From IMG/VR virus record IMGVR_UViG_2617271113_000004, positions 127,053-191,052 of that record: a stretch of 64,000 bases of DNA. One strand, given 5' to 3'. The notes under the pieces were generated by a model. That model did no database searches, was not told where the DNA came from, and saw only the letters and a program-made list of their open reading frames with translations. This document shows, piece by piece, positions 9,421 through 18,541 of the stretch; position 1 is the first letter of the stretch, and every line of letters starts with the position of its first letter. The stretch comes from a virus (lineage: Duplodnaviria; Caudoviricetes). The translations under genes and the position numbers were made by a program.

Positions 9421-10248
9421 GTGATTTTAATGTATTATCCAACGATTGATATAATTCATAGCTTTAATATTGGATATTCCTTTCAACCATTCTTTAATAT
9501 TGTTCAAGTCGGAGCAGGTGGAAACGGTGGTTATTTAGCACAACGTTTATCTAAGCTGTTATATGCATTAAATAGTAATAGAACCTTAAATTTTAGTTAT
9601 AAAATTACTGATGGTGATTCAGTAGAAGAAGGGAACTTACAACGGCAACCATTTATTGAGCAGGACTTGGATAGTCCAAAGGCTGAGATACTTGCTAAAC
9701 GTTATAGTAATGCCTATCAAATACCTATTTATTATAAAAACGACTATATTTTTTCCGTAGATGATGTTCATCAATTATTTGATCAGGAATACTCATTAAA
9801 TCGTCAGCTTTACATTCTTGTTGGTTGCGTTGATAATAACGCTACTCGTCAGATCATGCATGAATACTTTAATAGGTGTAGAAATATTGTTTATATCGAT
9901 AGTGGCATTGATGCTGTTGATGTAAATGGATCTAAGGAAAGTGGGTATTCTGGGCAAGTTGTTTGTGGAGTCCGGTTAAAAGATAAAGAATTACTTTCCC
10001 CTGTAGGAGGTATTTACCCTGATATATTAGCCGATAAAGAATCTCATCTTCCTACACAAGCATGTGGAGAACAAATGGTTTATTATCCGCAACGGATGCA
10101 AACTAATGAGATGGCCGCCATTATTATGAGTGGATATCTTAATACGATTCTATCTGATAATGAAATTGTATCGCATTACACAAACTTTAATGCAAGAAAT
10201 AATTTAGTTTCTCCCAATTATATTAAGAAGGGGCAGCTTGCTATATGA
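9421..10248 (+). CDS. ThiF/E1-like adenylyltransferase (PRTRC-type)
   Basis: VGAGGNGG, DGD.VE..NLQRQ, KAE, GCVDN, IDSG, candidate active Cys in QACGE. Confidence 0.92.
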   Translation: MILMYYPTIDIIHSFNIGYSFQPFFNIVQVGAGGNGGYLAQRLSKLLYALNSNRTLNFSYKITDGDSVEEGNLQRQPFIEQDLDSPKAEILAKRYSNAYQIPIYYKNDYIFSVDDVHQLFDQEYSLNRQLYILVGCVDNNATRQIMHEYFNRCRNIVYIDSGIDAVDVNGSKESGYSGQVVCGVRLKDKELLSPVGGIYPDILADKESHLPTQACGEQMVYYPQRMQTNEMAAIIMSGYLNTILSDNEIVSHYTNFNARNNLVSPNYIKKGQLAI

Positions 10249-10568
10249 ATTTTAAATTAGATACTTTTATTGATCGATTAGATCAAAAGGAATCATTACC
10301 TTTTGATCAAGTAAAAATGCATGAGAGACTAATTTTAATTGATGAGCATATCGATAATCATGAAGTAATCACTGAAGATTTTTTAGATTTCTTCACCGCA
10401 GAAGAGTTAGAATGGTACTATAATTTTATTGAATATTGGCCATCTATAGAGGCAGAGATTGAACCAGAAGATTATGATCATGAAATGATGCAGTATTCCC
10501 AAACAATTGAATTAATTAATGAGATTTCAGATATGAAAGGCATTCAAAAAGAGGTGACTTTTATATGA
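10245..10568 (+). CDS. acidic hypothetical protein in ThiF operon
   Basis: translationally coupled ORF, D/E-rich. Confidence 0.65.
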   Translation: MNFKLDTFIDRLDQKESLPFDQVKMHERLILIDEHIDNHEVITEDFLDFFTAEELEWYYNFIEYWPSIEAEIEPEDYDHEMMQYSQTIELINEISDMKGIQKEVTFI

Positions 10569-10975
10569 TTTCAGAAGAATATCGCATGGAATTAATGGAT
10601 ATAACACAAGTTATCCAAATGAGCAAACTTATGAAAGAAAGATCGTTTGAAATACCTTATATCAATTACAGAGAAGCATGTTCACCAATTATATTAGATC
10701 ATTATCTTGGACAATTTTTAGACAGATATCCTGTATTTTCACTAAGCTCAGAGCAAGATGGATATTTCTATAATATTTACCTTAAACTCAATAATAAATA
10801 TAAAGATACTGACTTTATTAAATCAGTTACTCATGCCATAGAAGGTGCTATGGCAGAGCATTTATCTGGTAGCTTGGACATTGATTATGACAACATAACT
10901 ATCTCTTTAGAAGGTTCACTATCTTGCTTTTTCATATTAAATAACATAGTAGAAGAAATAGAAACAATGTTATAA
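10565..10975 (+). CDS. hypothetical protein in ThiF operon
   Basis: coupled ORF, GAGGTGA RBS. Confidence 0.65.
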   Translation: MISEEYRMELMDITQVIQMSKLMKERSFEIPYINYREACSPIILDHYLGQFLDRYPVFSLSSEQDGYFYNIYLKLNNKYKDTDFIKSVTHAIEGAMAEHLSGSLDIDYDNITISLEGSLSCFFILNNIVEEIETML

Positions 10976-10989
10976 AGGAGGGGAGAATT

Positions 10990-11664
10990 ATAGAAACCAC
11001 AATTGTTCTAAACGAGCACAAACCTGCTAAGGTAACATTCCAAAAAAATGGTGCAACTTATGAGAAATATTTAAATATGCAAGATCTTCTACAACAAATG
11101 ATAGCCTCACTAAGTGTAGAAGATGATAAATTTAAGGAGAAATCTACACCAATTACTATTTCACCATCCTTACCAACGAACACAGTGAAATACTCTAAAT
11201 TAAGTGATGGAACAGATATTATATTCCTTGTTCATCCAGAGTGTAATGTAGATGTTAAATATCATCAATCTACTTTTATAGAAGTTCCAATACCTAATTT
11301 GGTTTTTTGTTTCATGGTTAGAAATCACCGCTTGGTAGCTAAACACGTACTTTGCTATAAAGATCGATTCTTACGAGATGATTCTCAATTGTATTATTTT
11401 CCATTTTCTAATGTTTTTTCTGATGGGAGTATGTGTTATCACACCAATATAGAAATAAAGGATCTCGTTCAATTACAGACATTCCCTTTAACATGGTTAA
11501 GTGAACCATTTAATGATCACTTGTATTATCAAAGCAATAGCAATTTTAATTTGCCCTTACGAGAATTATTAGAAAAGACACAGGGGGGATCTTTTGACTA
11601 TACAATGTTAAAGAAAAAATCAATTGATTTTAATACATGGAGTTCAAAATTAATTAATTACTAA
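10990..11664 (+). CDS. prokaryotic E2 family D protein (ATA start at 10990 or ATG at 11077)
   Basis: LYYFPFSNVFSDGSMC motif; strong RBS precedes in-frame ATA. Confidence 0.8.
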   Translation: METTIVLNEHKPAKVTFQKNGATYEKYLNMQDLLQQMIASLSVEDDKFKEKSTPITISPSLPTNTVKYSKLSDGTDIIFLVHPECNVDVKYHQSTFIEVPIPNLVFCFMVRNHRLVAKHVLCYKDRFLRDDSQLYYFPFSNVFSDGSMCYHTNIEIKDLVQLQTFPLTWLSEPFNDHLYYQSNSNFNLPLRELLEKTQGGSFDYTMLKKKSIDFNTWSSKLINY

Positions 11665-11686
11665 TATATCAAGGAGGAATATAAAT

Positions 11687-12121
11687 ATGTCTTCATTAGA
11701 GTTTGATAAAGAAAAAGAACAGCAGCCTACATTTGGGACTAACTTAGATCAAGAGGAACCAAAGGAGCCTGAACAAGCAGAAATTCCTGAAGAAGAGCCT
11801 GAAAAGAAACCAAAAGAAAATTTAGAAGAGAATGGGCAATTTTCATTATTTGAGGAGCCTAAGCAAGAAAAGAAAGCACCTAAGAAGCCTAGTACTGCAC
11901 CTAAGAAGAAATCTAAACCATCTCAAAAAGTTGGAATGGAATACACGGTTTATTATGCTGGACATCAAGTTCCAGTACCAGAAGAAGATATGACAATGGA
12001 TACTGTGCGGAGTTATTTAGAGACAGATTTTCCTGAGTTATCTAAGGATCGCACTGAAATGCTAATTGATGAGAAAAATAAACAAATAGTACCTGTTGTA
12101 AAAGGTGCCAAGAAAGGATAA
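11687..12121 (+). CDS. ubiquitin-like protein (PRTRC protein C-like) with disordered N-terminus
   Basis: YAG..VP.P..MT.D.VR.YL...FPEL, C-terminal GAKKG; QFSLF in N-terminal part. Confidence 0.75.
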   Translation: MSSLEFDKEKEQQPTFGTNLDQEEPKEPEQAEIPEEEPEKKPKENLEENGQFSLFEEPKQEKKAPKKPSTAPKKKSKPSQKVGMEYTVYYAGHQVPVPEEDMTMDTVRSYLETDFPELSKDRTEMLIDEKNKQIVPVVKGAKKG

Positions 12122-12126
12122 ATAAT

Positions 12127-12948
12127 ATGTTCGAAATACCAAAAATTCAGTTGCCGACACCAGAAGAAGCAGTTCAAATTCGAAAAGATAAATATAAATC
12201 TGCAAGTGAGTGTTTAGAAAACATGTCTTATTGGTTGCCTAAAGTGGAAGCATCATCCGCTAGAGATGTATCTTCTTTACAAATCCCTTTTACTAAGACT
12301 ATCACCCTTAACTTAGAAACATATGAATGGCTATTAAGTGATAATTATACACAAGAAACTATTCAAGAATTTAATCAATCGATAATTGAAGATCTAGGTG
12401 ATTTCCTAATTGATCAAAAGCTTTTTATTAAAACAGGAAACTTTAGCAATAAGTTTCAATTCAAAAATACGGTTGTATCAGATCGAGAAAAACTAGGAAA
12501 ACAGTTTCTTAACATCTATTATGACGCTATGTGTTTTGGTGTTCCTGATTCGAACGAAATTGTCATTAGAGAGTACATCGAAGATAAAGAAGATAGACCT
12601 ACAATTTATTCTGGTATGCCACTACATACCGAGTTCCGAGTTTTTTATGATTTCGATATTGACGAACCTATTGGTATCTCAAATTACTGGCATCCTGATG
12701 AAATGTTAGAATGGTTATCTGAACCTGACTTAACATCTTATAAAAGTATTAAAGATACAATTGTATCTGATTTTAACAAATACAAGAAGAATGTTGTTTT
12801 ACAAGTATCTATTTTAATGCAAGGCGTTACAAGTCTAAAAGGAAAATGGTCAATAGACGTGATGAAAAATGGAGAAGATTTTTGGATTATTGATATGGCA
12901 CGTATGGAACGAAGTGCATTAGTCAATAAAATGGAATCATTAACTTAA
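12127..12948 (+). CDS. ATP-grasp fold protein (R2K/Cdc123-like)
   Basis: LFIKT...S.K, IVIREYI, EFRVF, WSIDV...FWIIDM. Confidence 0.7.
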   Translation: MFEIPKIQLPTPEEAVQIRKDKYKSASECLENMSYWLPKVEASSARDVSSLQIPFTKTITLNLETYEWLLSDNYTQETIQEFNQSIIEDLGDFLIDQKLFIKTGNFSNKFQFKNTVVSDREKLGKQFLNIYYDAMCFGVPDSNEIVIREYIEDKEDRPTIYSGMPLHTEFRVFYDFDIDEPIGISNYWHPDEMLEWLSEPDLTSYKSIKDTIVSDFNKYKKNVVLQVSILMQGVTSLKGKWSIDVMKNGEDFWIIDMARMERSALVNKMESLT

Positions 12949-12953
12949 CAGTT

Positions 12954-13280
12954 GTGGAATATATTTTACTAGATTTAACAGGACGTGATCAGATGGTGAA
13001 GGAAATAAAATATACCAAAAATAAGGAAATAATTGAATTAGCAAATCAAGATAGAAAAGCCTTATTAAATCAAGTTTATCAACATTATAAAGGTGCATTA
13101 TATATTGTAGACAGTGTAGCTCGTCATACAGAAACTGGTGAGCAAATGGTTGTATATAGAAGTTTAGATACAGGACAACAATGGGTGCGGCCTAAGGATA
13201 TGTTCTTAGATATAATACAAAAAGAAGAAGGATATACATTTAGATTTACTAAATTTCAAATAGGAGATTTTCTAAGATGA
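12954..13280 (+). CDS. DUF1653 protein
   Basis: YQHYKG..Y, ARHTETGE.MVVY, WVRP..MF. Confidence 0.85.
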   Translation: MEYILLDLTGRDQMVKEIKYTKNKEIIELANQDRKALLNQVYQHYKGALYIVDSVARHTETGEQMVVYRSLDTGQQWVRPKDMFLDIIQKEEGYTFRFTKFQIGDFLR

Positions 13281-13603
13281 ATGTTTGCGTTGAATGTCCG
13301 TATTGCGGCTATGAAAATGATATGACCGATGATCTAATTGAACTTAATGGCAATGAGTTTGACACTGAATGTGTAGAGTGCAAAGAAGAATTTGAGGTGT
13401 ATGTTGAGTTTGATCCATCTTTTACAGTCTCGAAGATTGTCTTTGAAAAGTGTCAGCAATGTGGGAGTGAAACACGTGACATATGCAAAAGAGGTAGTAT
13501 ATTTCCTTATCCAAGTCACTTAAAAGATAAAGTATGTAGGCAGTGTTATCGTATTGCGGTTATTGAATATTTCAGAGATTACCATAAAGGAGTGGAAGAT
13601 TAA
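13277..13603 (+). CDS. multi-CxxC zinc-finger protein
   Basis: CPYC, CVEC, CQQC, CRQC. Confidence 0.75.
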   Translation: MNVCVECPYCGYENDMTDDLIELNGNEFDTECVECKEEFEVYVEFDPSFTVSKIVFEKCQQCGSETRDICKRGSIFPYPSHLKDKVCRQCYRIAVIEYFRDYHKGVED

Positions 13604-13605
13604 TA

Positions 13606-13839
13606 ATGGAACTATTACAAGCTCAAGAATGTCCATATTGTGGTTATGAAACTGAAGATGCTTTATCAAATTGGGAGCCAGATTCTGAAGAAGAAGTAGA
13701 ATGCGATAGTTGTAGAAAAACATATATATCATAACCACAATTTCGATTTGAAGGATGGTTAATAGAGAAACAATGCGATAAGTGTGGAGAATGGACAGAT
13801 GATGGTATGGAACTATGTGATTGTGATGAGGAGGACTAA
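13606..13839 (+). pseudogene. zinc-finger gene resembling 13277..13603 with in-frame TAA at 13732-13734
   Basis: MELLQAQECPYCGYE...CDSCRKTYIS*PQFRFEGWLIEKQCDKCGEW...EED in one frame. Confidence 0.7.
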
Positions 13840-13841
13840 TA

Positions 13842-14030
13842 TTGGTTCTATCAAATATAAGGTGCGACAATTGCGGAAGGCCATACAGCGAAGCTAAAGA
13901 TCATATAACTGGTGGCGAACTCTGTGAAACAGAATGGGCTTGTTGCATTGAATGTTATGACGAAATGGTCGAAAAAGGGTGCTGTTTTGAAGAGCTAGGC
14001 GATGGGAACTACAGGGAGCAAAAATATTAG
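13842..14030 (+). CDS. small Cys-rich protein
   Basis: GAGGAGG RBS, TTG start, CDNC and CIEC. Confidence 0.6.
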   Translation: MVLSNIRCDNCGRPYSEAKDHITGGELCETEWACCIECYDEMVEKGCCFEELGDGNYREQKY

Positions 14031-14062
14031 GGGAGCCCAATTCACATTTTGGAGGTCTAGGA

Positions 14063-14410
14063 ATGGATAACAGAAAGATAGATCAATTAGTAGCTGAAAA
14101 GGTTATGGGATGGAAAGTCTTTGAGTATAAGAATATTAATACTACTGTAATTGATGACGGAGAGTTCCTTGTGGAAATAGAAGAATTCAAACCATCTGAA
14201 CGAATAGAAGATGCTTGGAATGTTGTTGAGAAAATAGGTAAAGATTTCACGATGAACACAGTTAATGAGTACGACATCCATGTTAAAGCTGGAAAACTAG
14301 AATTAATAGGTCAATATCACTGCAATATCAATGGATTTCATGTATACGACAAGTCAGCACCACTAGCAATATGCAAAGCAGCACTAAAAACAGTAGGTGT
14401 GGAGGTATAA
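14063..14410 (+). CDS. phage ABA-sandwich domain protein
   Basis: ID.LVAEKVMGW, PS..IEDAW.VVEK, APLAICKAAL. Confidence 0.8.
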   Translation: MDNRKIDQLVAEKVMGWKVFEYKNINTTVIDDGEFLVEIEEFKPSERIEDAWNVVEKIGKDFTMNTVNEYDIHVKAGKLELIGQYHCNINGFHVYDKSAPLAICKAALKTVGVEV

Positions 14411-14412
14411 GG

Positions 14413-15045
14413 ATGGATGAACAGTTAGAAAGACTAAAAGCACAAAATGAGTACACGATAAATCAATTATGCAAAGGGCAAGCAACCATAAGCTCAATTG
14501 ATCCTTCTGACTTTAAATTGCTTATTCAACAAGCAGAACGTGTGAAAAAAACAGTAAAAAGAAACAAAGAACTGGAGTATGCTTCAAAGTATAACGGAGA
14601 ACTGAATGAGTTTTTGCAAAAGAGAAAGTTACCTCTAAACACACTGGGTAGGCATGTTGTTGACGTTGTTATGGACTATGTGCAGGAGTTGGAGGAAGAA
14701 AGCAAGCAAATGAATAAACATCAGTTTGAATTAAGAAAAGATGCAAAAGAGTGGTGGATCACTGCTTCTAAATTTCAAGAAGAAAATGAAGCATTAGAAT
14801 CAGAAATCAAACGCTACAAAGAACGTGTAAAAGAATTAGAGCAGGAACTAGAGGACGCTACAACAGATGCACAAATAGCTGATGACAATTATTACTTTGC
14901 TAAACGCTACGAAAAGGCTTTAGAGTTTGCAGTAGACGAACTGTACTATGCCCACCTTACTGGAGATGTCGGGCATAAAGATGCTTCTATTAAAAGAGTT
15001 ATGGATAGATCAGAAGAAGCATTGAAAGGAGAAACCAATGGATAA
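14413..15045 (+). CDS. phage-like coiled-coil protein, modular paralog 1
   Basis: GGAGG RBS; LIQQAERV, RYEKALE, ALKGE shared with next genes. Confidence 0.7.
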   Translation: MDEQLERLKAQNEYTINQLCKGQATISSIDPSDFKLLIQQAERVKKTVKRNKELEYASKYNGELNEFLQKRKLPLNTLGRHVVDVVMDYVQELEEESKQMNKHQFELRKDAKEWWITASKFQEENEALESEIKRYKERVKELEQELEDATTDAQIADDNYYFAKRYEKALEFAVDELYYAHLTGDVGHKDASIKRVMDRSEEALKGETNG

Positions 15046-15373
15046 ACGGTTGGAAGAGATAATTGCAGTTGTGAATTCGCAAAGTCGTTCAACAAGAGAG
15101 TTATCTCATAACGACATGAATTGGCTTATCCAACGAGCAAAACGTGAGGAGAAATTAGACAAACTATCCGAGGAACTCAATCATGATTTATTCAGTGAAC
15201 GAATGGAGAAAGACAAATATCAATATAGGTCTGAAATTCAAAAAGAAAGAATTAAAGAGTTAGAACAGGCTATAGAAAAAGCAATAGGCGGATGTAGATA
15301 TACCAAACCGGAAGTAGCTTACATCTTATCTCAAGCATTGAAAGGAGAAGCCAATGGATAAACGGTTGGAAGA
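15017..15373 (+). repeat. 41-bp direct repeat pair at gene junctions (15017-15057, 15333-15373)
   Basis: AAGCATTGAAAGGAGAA(A/G)CCAATGGATAAACGGTTGGAAGA, one mismatch. Confidence 0.92.
15038..15361 (+). CDS. phage-like coiled-coil protein, modular paralog 2
   Basis: MDKRLEEI...WLIQRA...ALKGEANG. Confidence 0.7.
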   Translation: MDKRLEEIIAVVNSQSRSTRELSHNDMNWLIQRAKREEKLDKLSEELNHDLFSERMEKDKYQYRSEIQKERIKELEQAIEKAIGGCRYTKPEVAYILSQALKGEANG

Positions 15374-15815
15374 AATAAAAAATAATGCAATTGTAGATAA
15401 GGTTCATTTCAAATATATCAATAATTCGGAAGGGTATTGGGGAATAACATACACACTAATTGATGATGATATGCGGTGGCTTGTAGATCAAGCAGAACGT
15501 GTGCAGGAATTGGAGAAAGATAATAAAAGATTAAAAGATTTAAATAGTAACAATTTACCTGTTATGAGGTCAATGCATGAGAAAACAGAACGCTACAAAC
15601 AGGCTTTGGAAAACATATTAGAAATAGAAAATGATGAAGAATTTAATCCATATGCATATATGGCACTTGAAATAATGGAGGAAGTACGTAAGGCATTATA
15701 CGAATGCTCTGATTGCAACGGAACGGGATATGACCATTCAAGAAATATACCCGATCACATGACACCTTGTTTTAAATGTAGAGGATACGGAACATTGAAA
15801 GGAGTAGAGGGATGA
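15354..15815 (+). CDS. phage-like coiled-coil protein, paralog 3, with DnaJ-type Zn motifs
   Basis: MDKRLEEI, WLVDQAERV, CSDCNGTG, CFKCRGYG. Confidence 0.7.
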   Translation: MDKRLEEIKNNAIVDKVHFKYINNSEGYWGITYTLIDDDMRWLVDQAERVQELEKDNKRLKDLNSNNLPVMRSMHEKTERYKQALENILEIENDEEFNPYAYMALEIMEEVRKALYECSDCNGTGYDHSRNIPDHMTPCFKCRGYGTLKGVEG

Positions 15816-16003
15816 GTAAAGACATGTTCATAATCACTGGAATGATCGATGAAATTAACGAAAAAGCAAGGAAGTTAGACAGGGAATTATGGAAGGCAGA
15901 AGATGAAGATAACGTAGACTTTGAAAAATTAGAAGAATTGGCAAGTGAGATTGAAGATGCATCAAATAATTTGATTTCTGAACTAGATAGCGAATTAGTA
16001 TAA
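15812..16003 (+). CDS. small acidic hypothetical protein
   Basis: coupled ORF. Confidence 0.55.
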   Translation: MSKDMFIITGMIDEINEKARKLDRELWKAEDEDNVDFEKLEELASEIEDASNNLISELDSELV

Positions 16004-16044
16004 ACCAATCCTCCCTTAATGGGAGATAAAGGAGGAAATGGACA

Positions 16045-16431
16045 ATGTGTAAACACGGGTCTGAAAAATACGTGTGGGTCAACGATAAGAAGAAGGCTGT
16101 CCCTATAGACGCTTGTATAGCTAATGAAATACGTATGATTAATCGTCATGGAGTAGTTACTCTAGCATGCTGTTGCGGTCATGGAAAAGCCGGGCAAATT
16201 GTTGAGTATGAAAATGCATTCGGTAAGTGGAAAGAGCATGCACAACCTCCTACAGGACTTATACGAGAGGAAAGTGTAAAAATCGCAAAGGCATTAGGGT
16301 ACATTCCTTATCCGTACTATTATGCTGATGGTTTTAGTGGCGGAGTTTGGCAAATGCAACTCAAAACAGGATGTATTACAGAAGATGATGTAAATAAATA
16401 CCATGAATTAACCAAGGAGGAAATGGAATGA
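16045..16431 (+). CDS. phage-like protein with CCGHG motif
   Basis: IDACIA, CCCGHG; AGGAGG RBS. Confidence 0.7.
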   Translation: MCKHGSEKYVWVNDKKKAVPIDACIANEIRMINRHGVVTLACCCGHGKAGQIVEYENAFGKWKEHAQPPTGLIREESVKIAKALGYIPYPYYYADGFSGGVWQMQLKTGCITEDDVNKYHELTKEEME

Positions 16432-16655
16432 TTACATCCTCTAGCAGAGGTCATTACATTTACTTTGACGGTCTACATTGGCGCTATATGAATGGCGATC
16501 TAGATGATGGTAGTAGAAGTTGCAAGAAATGCGGAAAAATGCCAACTGCAGAAGGATTCGATGCTTGTCTTGGATATATTGAGGAAGCAACAAGCGCATG
16601 TTGTGGCCATGGGATAGAAAAGCCTTATGTAGTGTATGGAGACAAAATGAAATAA
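16428..16655 (+). CDS. small phage-like protein with CCGHG motif
   Basis: CKKCG, DACLG, ACCGHG. Confidence 0.7.
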   Translation: MITSSSRGHYIYFDGLHWRYMNGDLDDGSRSCKKCGKMPTAEGFDACLGYIEEATSACCGHGIEKPYVVYGDKMK

Positions 16656-16712
16656 ATAATTTCTATAGGTAGTGTCCCTAAAAATAAATACAAGATCGGA
16701 GGTTAAGCTCAA

Positions 16713-16991
16713 TTGATTGATTCTGTTAAAGTAACATGTTGTACCTGTAAGAAAGAACTTATATCAGAATCACCATATGCAGATCAAAGAGAAGATAATT
16801 ATTGTGATGAATGTCGTGGAGTGCGCTTGAAATTTATTAAAGAAAGAGCATTCACCGTTATACAAAATAAAGAGTACTTACCAAAAGAATATGCAAATAT
16901 ATTAATTGATGAAATTTTTCGTTTAGAAGAAATAAACCTAGCGTTACGAATAAACAGTGGCATTACAAAAGAAGGAGAGATTACGTTATGA
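16713..16991 (+). CDS. hypothetical zinc-binding protein
   Basis: GGAGG RBS, CCTC and CDEC. Confidence 0.6.
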   Translation: MIDSVKVTCCTCKKELISESPYADQREDNYCDECRGVRLKFIKERAFTVIQNKEYLPKEYANILIDEIFRLEEINLALRINSGITKEGEITL

Positions 16992-17569
16992 TAAAAGGGT
17001 TAGATACAATTAGCTTTCATGATTTAGTTAAGAGTGACCAAGAACATGTTCTTGAAGTGATAAATGCTTTTGTAAGTCGACTTGAAGATATTTCAGGTAT
17101 AGATATGTCACATTTATCAAAGCAAATGCTTAATGAATATGAAGAATTTAAAAAATCTAATATTGATAATAAGGAAACAAAAAATAATATAGAACCAATA
17201 GAGAAGAAAACTACCAATGAACATCCTTTCACGATATATAATGTCTTTCATGAATTAAAAATTAATGAAACTGCTAAAGGGAAAAATAGCGGAGTTAACA
17301 TTATTAAAAACTTAGATGGAGAATATGTTGATGTAAATGGCAGTCCAATACGAATGACTTCAGTCGTCATGAATGATGTGTATTATATTAAAAAAGAACC
17401 TACATTCAAGCTTGTAGAACTAGAAACAGCAATCGAAGCATTCAATCAAGGAAAAGAAATTATGATTGATTATGAACAATCGTATGTTATATCAAAAGAA
17501 GATCCTCACGTCATTATTCCATTTGCGGCATTTGTGGACGGTGCTTGGTATGTAAAGGGGGATATATAA
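16988..17569 (+). CDS. hypothetical protein
   Basis: 193-aa coupled ORF. Confidence 0.65.
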   Translation: MIKGLDTISFHDLVKSDQEHVLEVINAFVSRLEDISGIDMSHLSKQMLNEYEEFKKSNIDNKETKNNIEPIEKKTTNEHPFTIYNVFHELKINETAKGKNSGVNIIKNLDGEYVDVNGSPIRMTSVVMNDVYYIKKEPTFKLVELETAIEAFNQGKEIMIDYEQSYVISKEDPHVIIPFAAFVDGAWYVKGDI

Positions 17570-18526
17570 TTGAAAGTAAAACTGTTTACTCATACTGATT
17601 TGGATGGAGTTAGCTGCGCCTTACTAGCAAAACTTACTTTTGAAGCTATTGATATTGTTTATTGTGATTATCATGATGTAGATGATTCTATACAAGACTT
17701 TATCCTATCGGATAATTTACTGCAATTTGATCGAGTTTTCATTACAGATATTAATGTTAATGAAGCAACAGCAGAGATGATCGAGGCTTTAGATCTATCG
17801 AATAAATTTCAATTATTGGATCATCATTCCTCTGCAGACTGGCTTAATAAATATGAGTGGGCATTAGTTAACGAATACTATAGTGATATAACTCAAACTT
17901 GTGGAACATCTATGTTATATGACTATATTCATAATTCTAATGATTTGTTTTATCAGCTACTTGCTTCTTGTAATCAAAAGATCATTGAACAGTACATTGA
18001 ACTTGTGCGAAGATATGATACATGGGAATGGCAAACTATCTTTAACGATTATGAAGCTAAATCACTAAATGATTTATTTTATATCTATGGCAGAGATCGA
18101 TTTATAAGTAAATTCATGGATAAATTAAGGTTAACGAATGTCTTTGATTTTAGTGATAATGAGAAAATGATCCTGGATCTGGAACAAGATAAAATACAAA
18201 ATTACATTAATAAAATGGAAGATACTATAGCTCCTTTTCCTATCGGAAAATTCAAAGGAGGATTCCTCTTTGCTGAACAATATATTTCTGAGTTAGGAAA
18301 TGCATTACACCAGAGAAATCCATTTTATGACTTTATTGCAATTATTAATTTGCCTAGTAGAAAAGTGAGTTATCGAACGATCCATAATCACATTGATTTA
18401 GGGAAAGATATTGCATCACATTTTGGAGGAGGAGGTAGAGCTAAGACTGCTGGCAGTGAACTGAGTGACTCAATTATGACTCGTTTAATGGAAGCTATCT
18501 TACAAACTTCTGATTCAACTAATTAA
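17570..18526 (+). CDS. DHH/DHHA1 phosphoesterase (NrnB-like)
   Basis: THTDLDG, ITDI, LDHH, GGGG(R)..AG. Confidence 0.88.
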   Translation: MKVKLFTHTDLDGVSCALLAKLTFEAIDIVYCDYHDVDDSIQDFILSDNLLQFDRVFITDINVNEATAEMIEALDLSNKFQLLDHHSSADWLNKYEWALVNEYYSDITQTCGTSMLYDYIHNSNDLFYQLLASCNQKIIEQYIELVRRYDTWEWQTIFNDYEAKSLNDLFYIYGRDRFISKFMDKLRLTNVFDFSDNEKMILDLEQDKIQNYINKMEDTIAPFPIGKFKGGFLFAEQYISELGNALHQRNPFYDFIAIINLPSRKVSYRTIHNHIDLGKDIASHFGGGGRAKTAGSELSDSIMTRLMEAILQTSDSTN

Positions 18527-18541
18527 TAAAGGAATGATAAT

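Noticed and set aside
13277-16991. Prophage
   Set aside because: Only accessory phage-like ORFs; no capsid, terminase, tail or lysis genes or att sites seen
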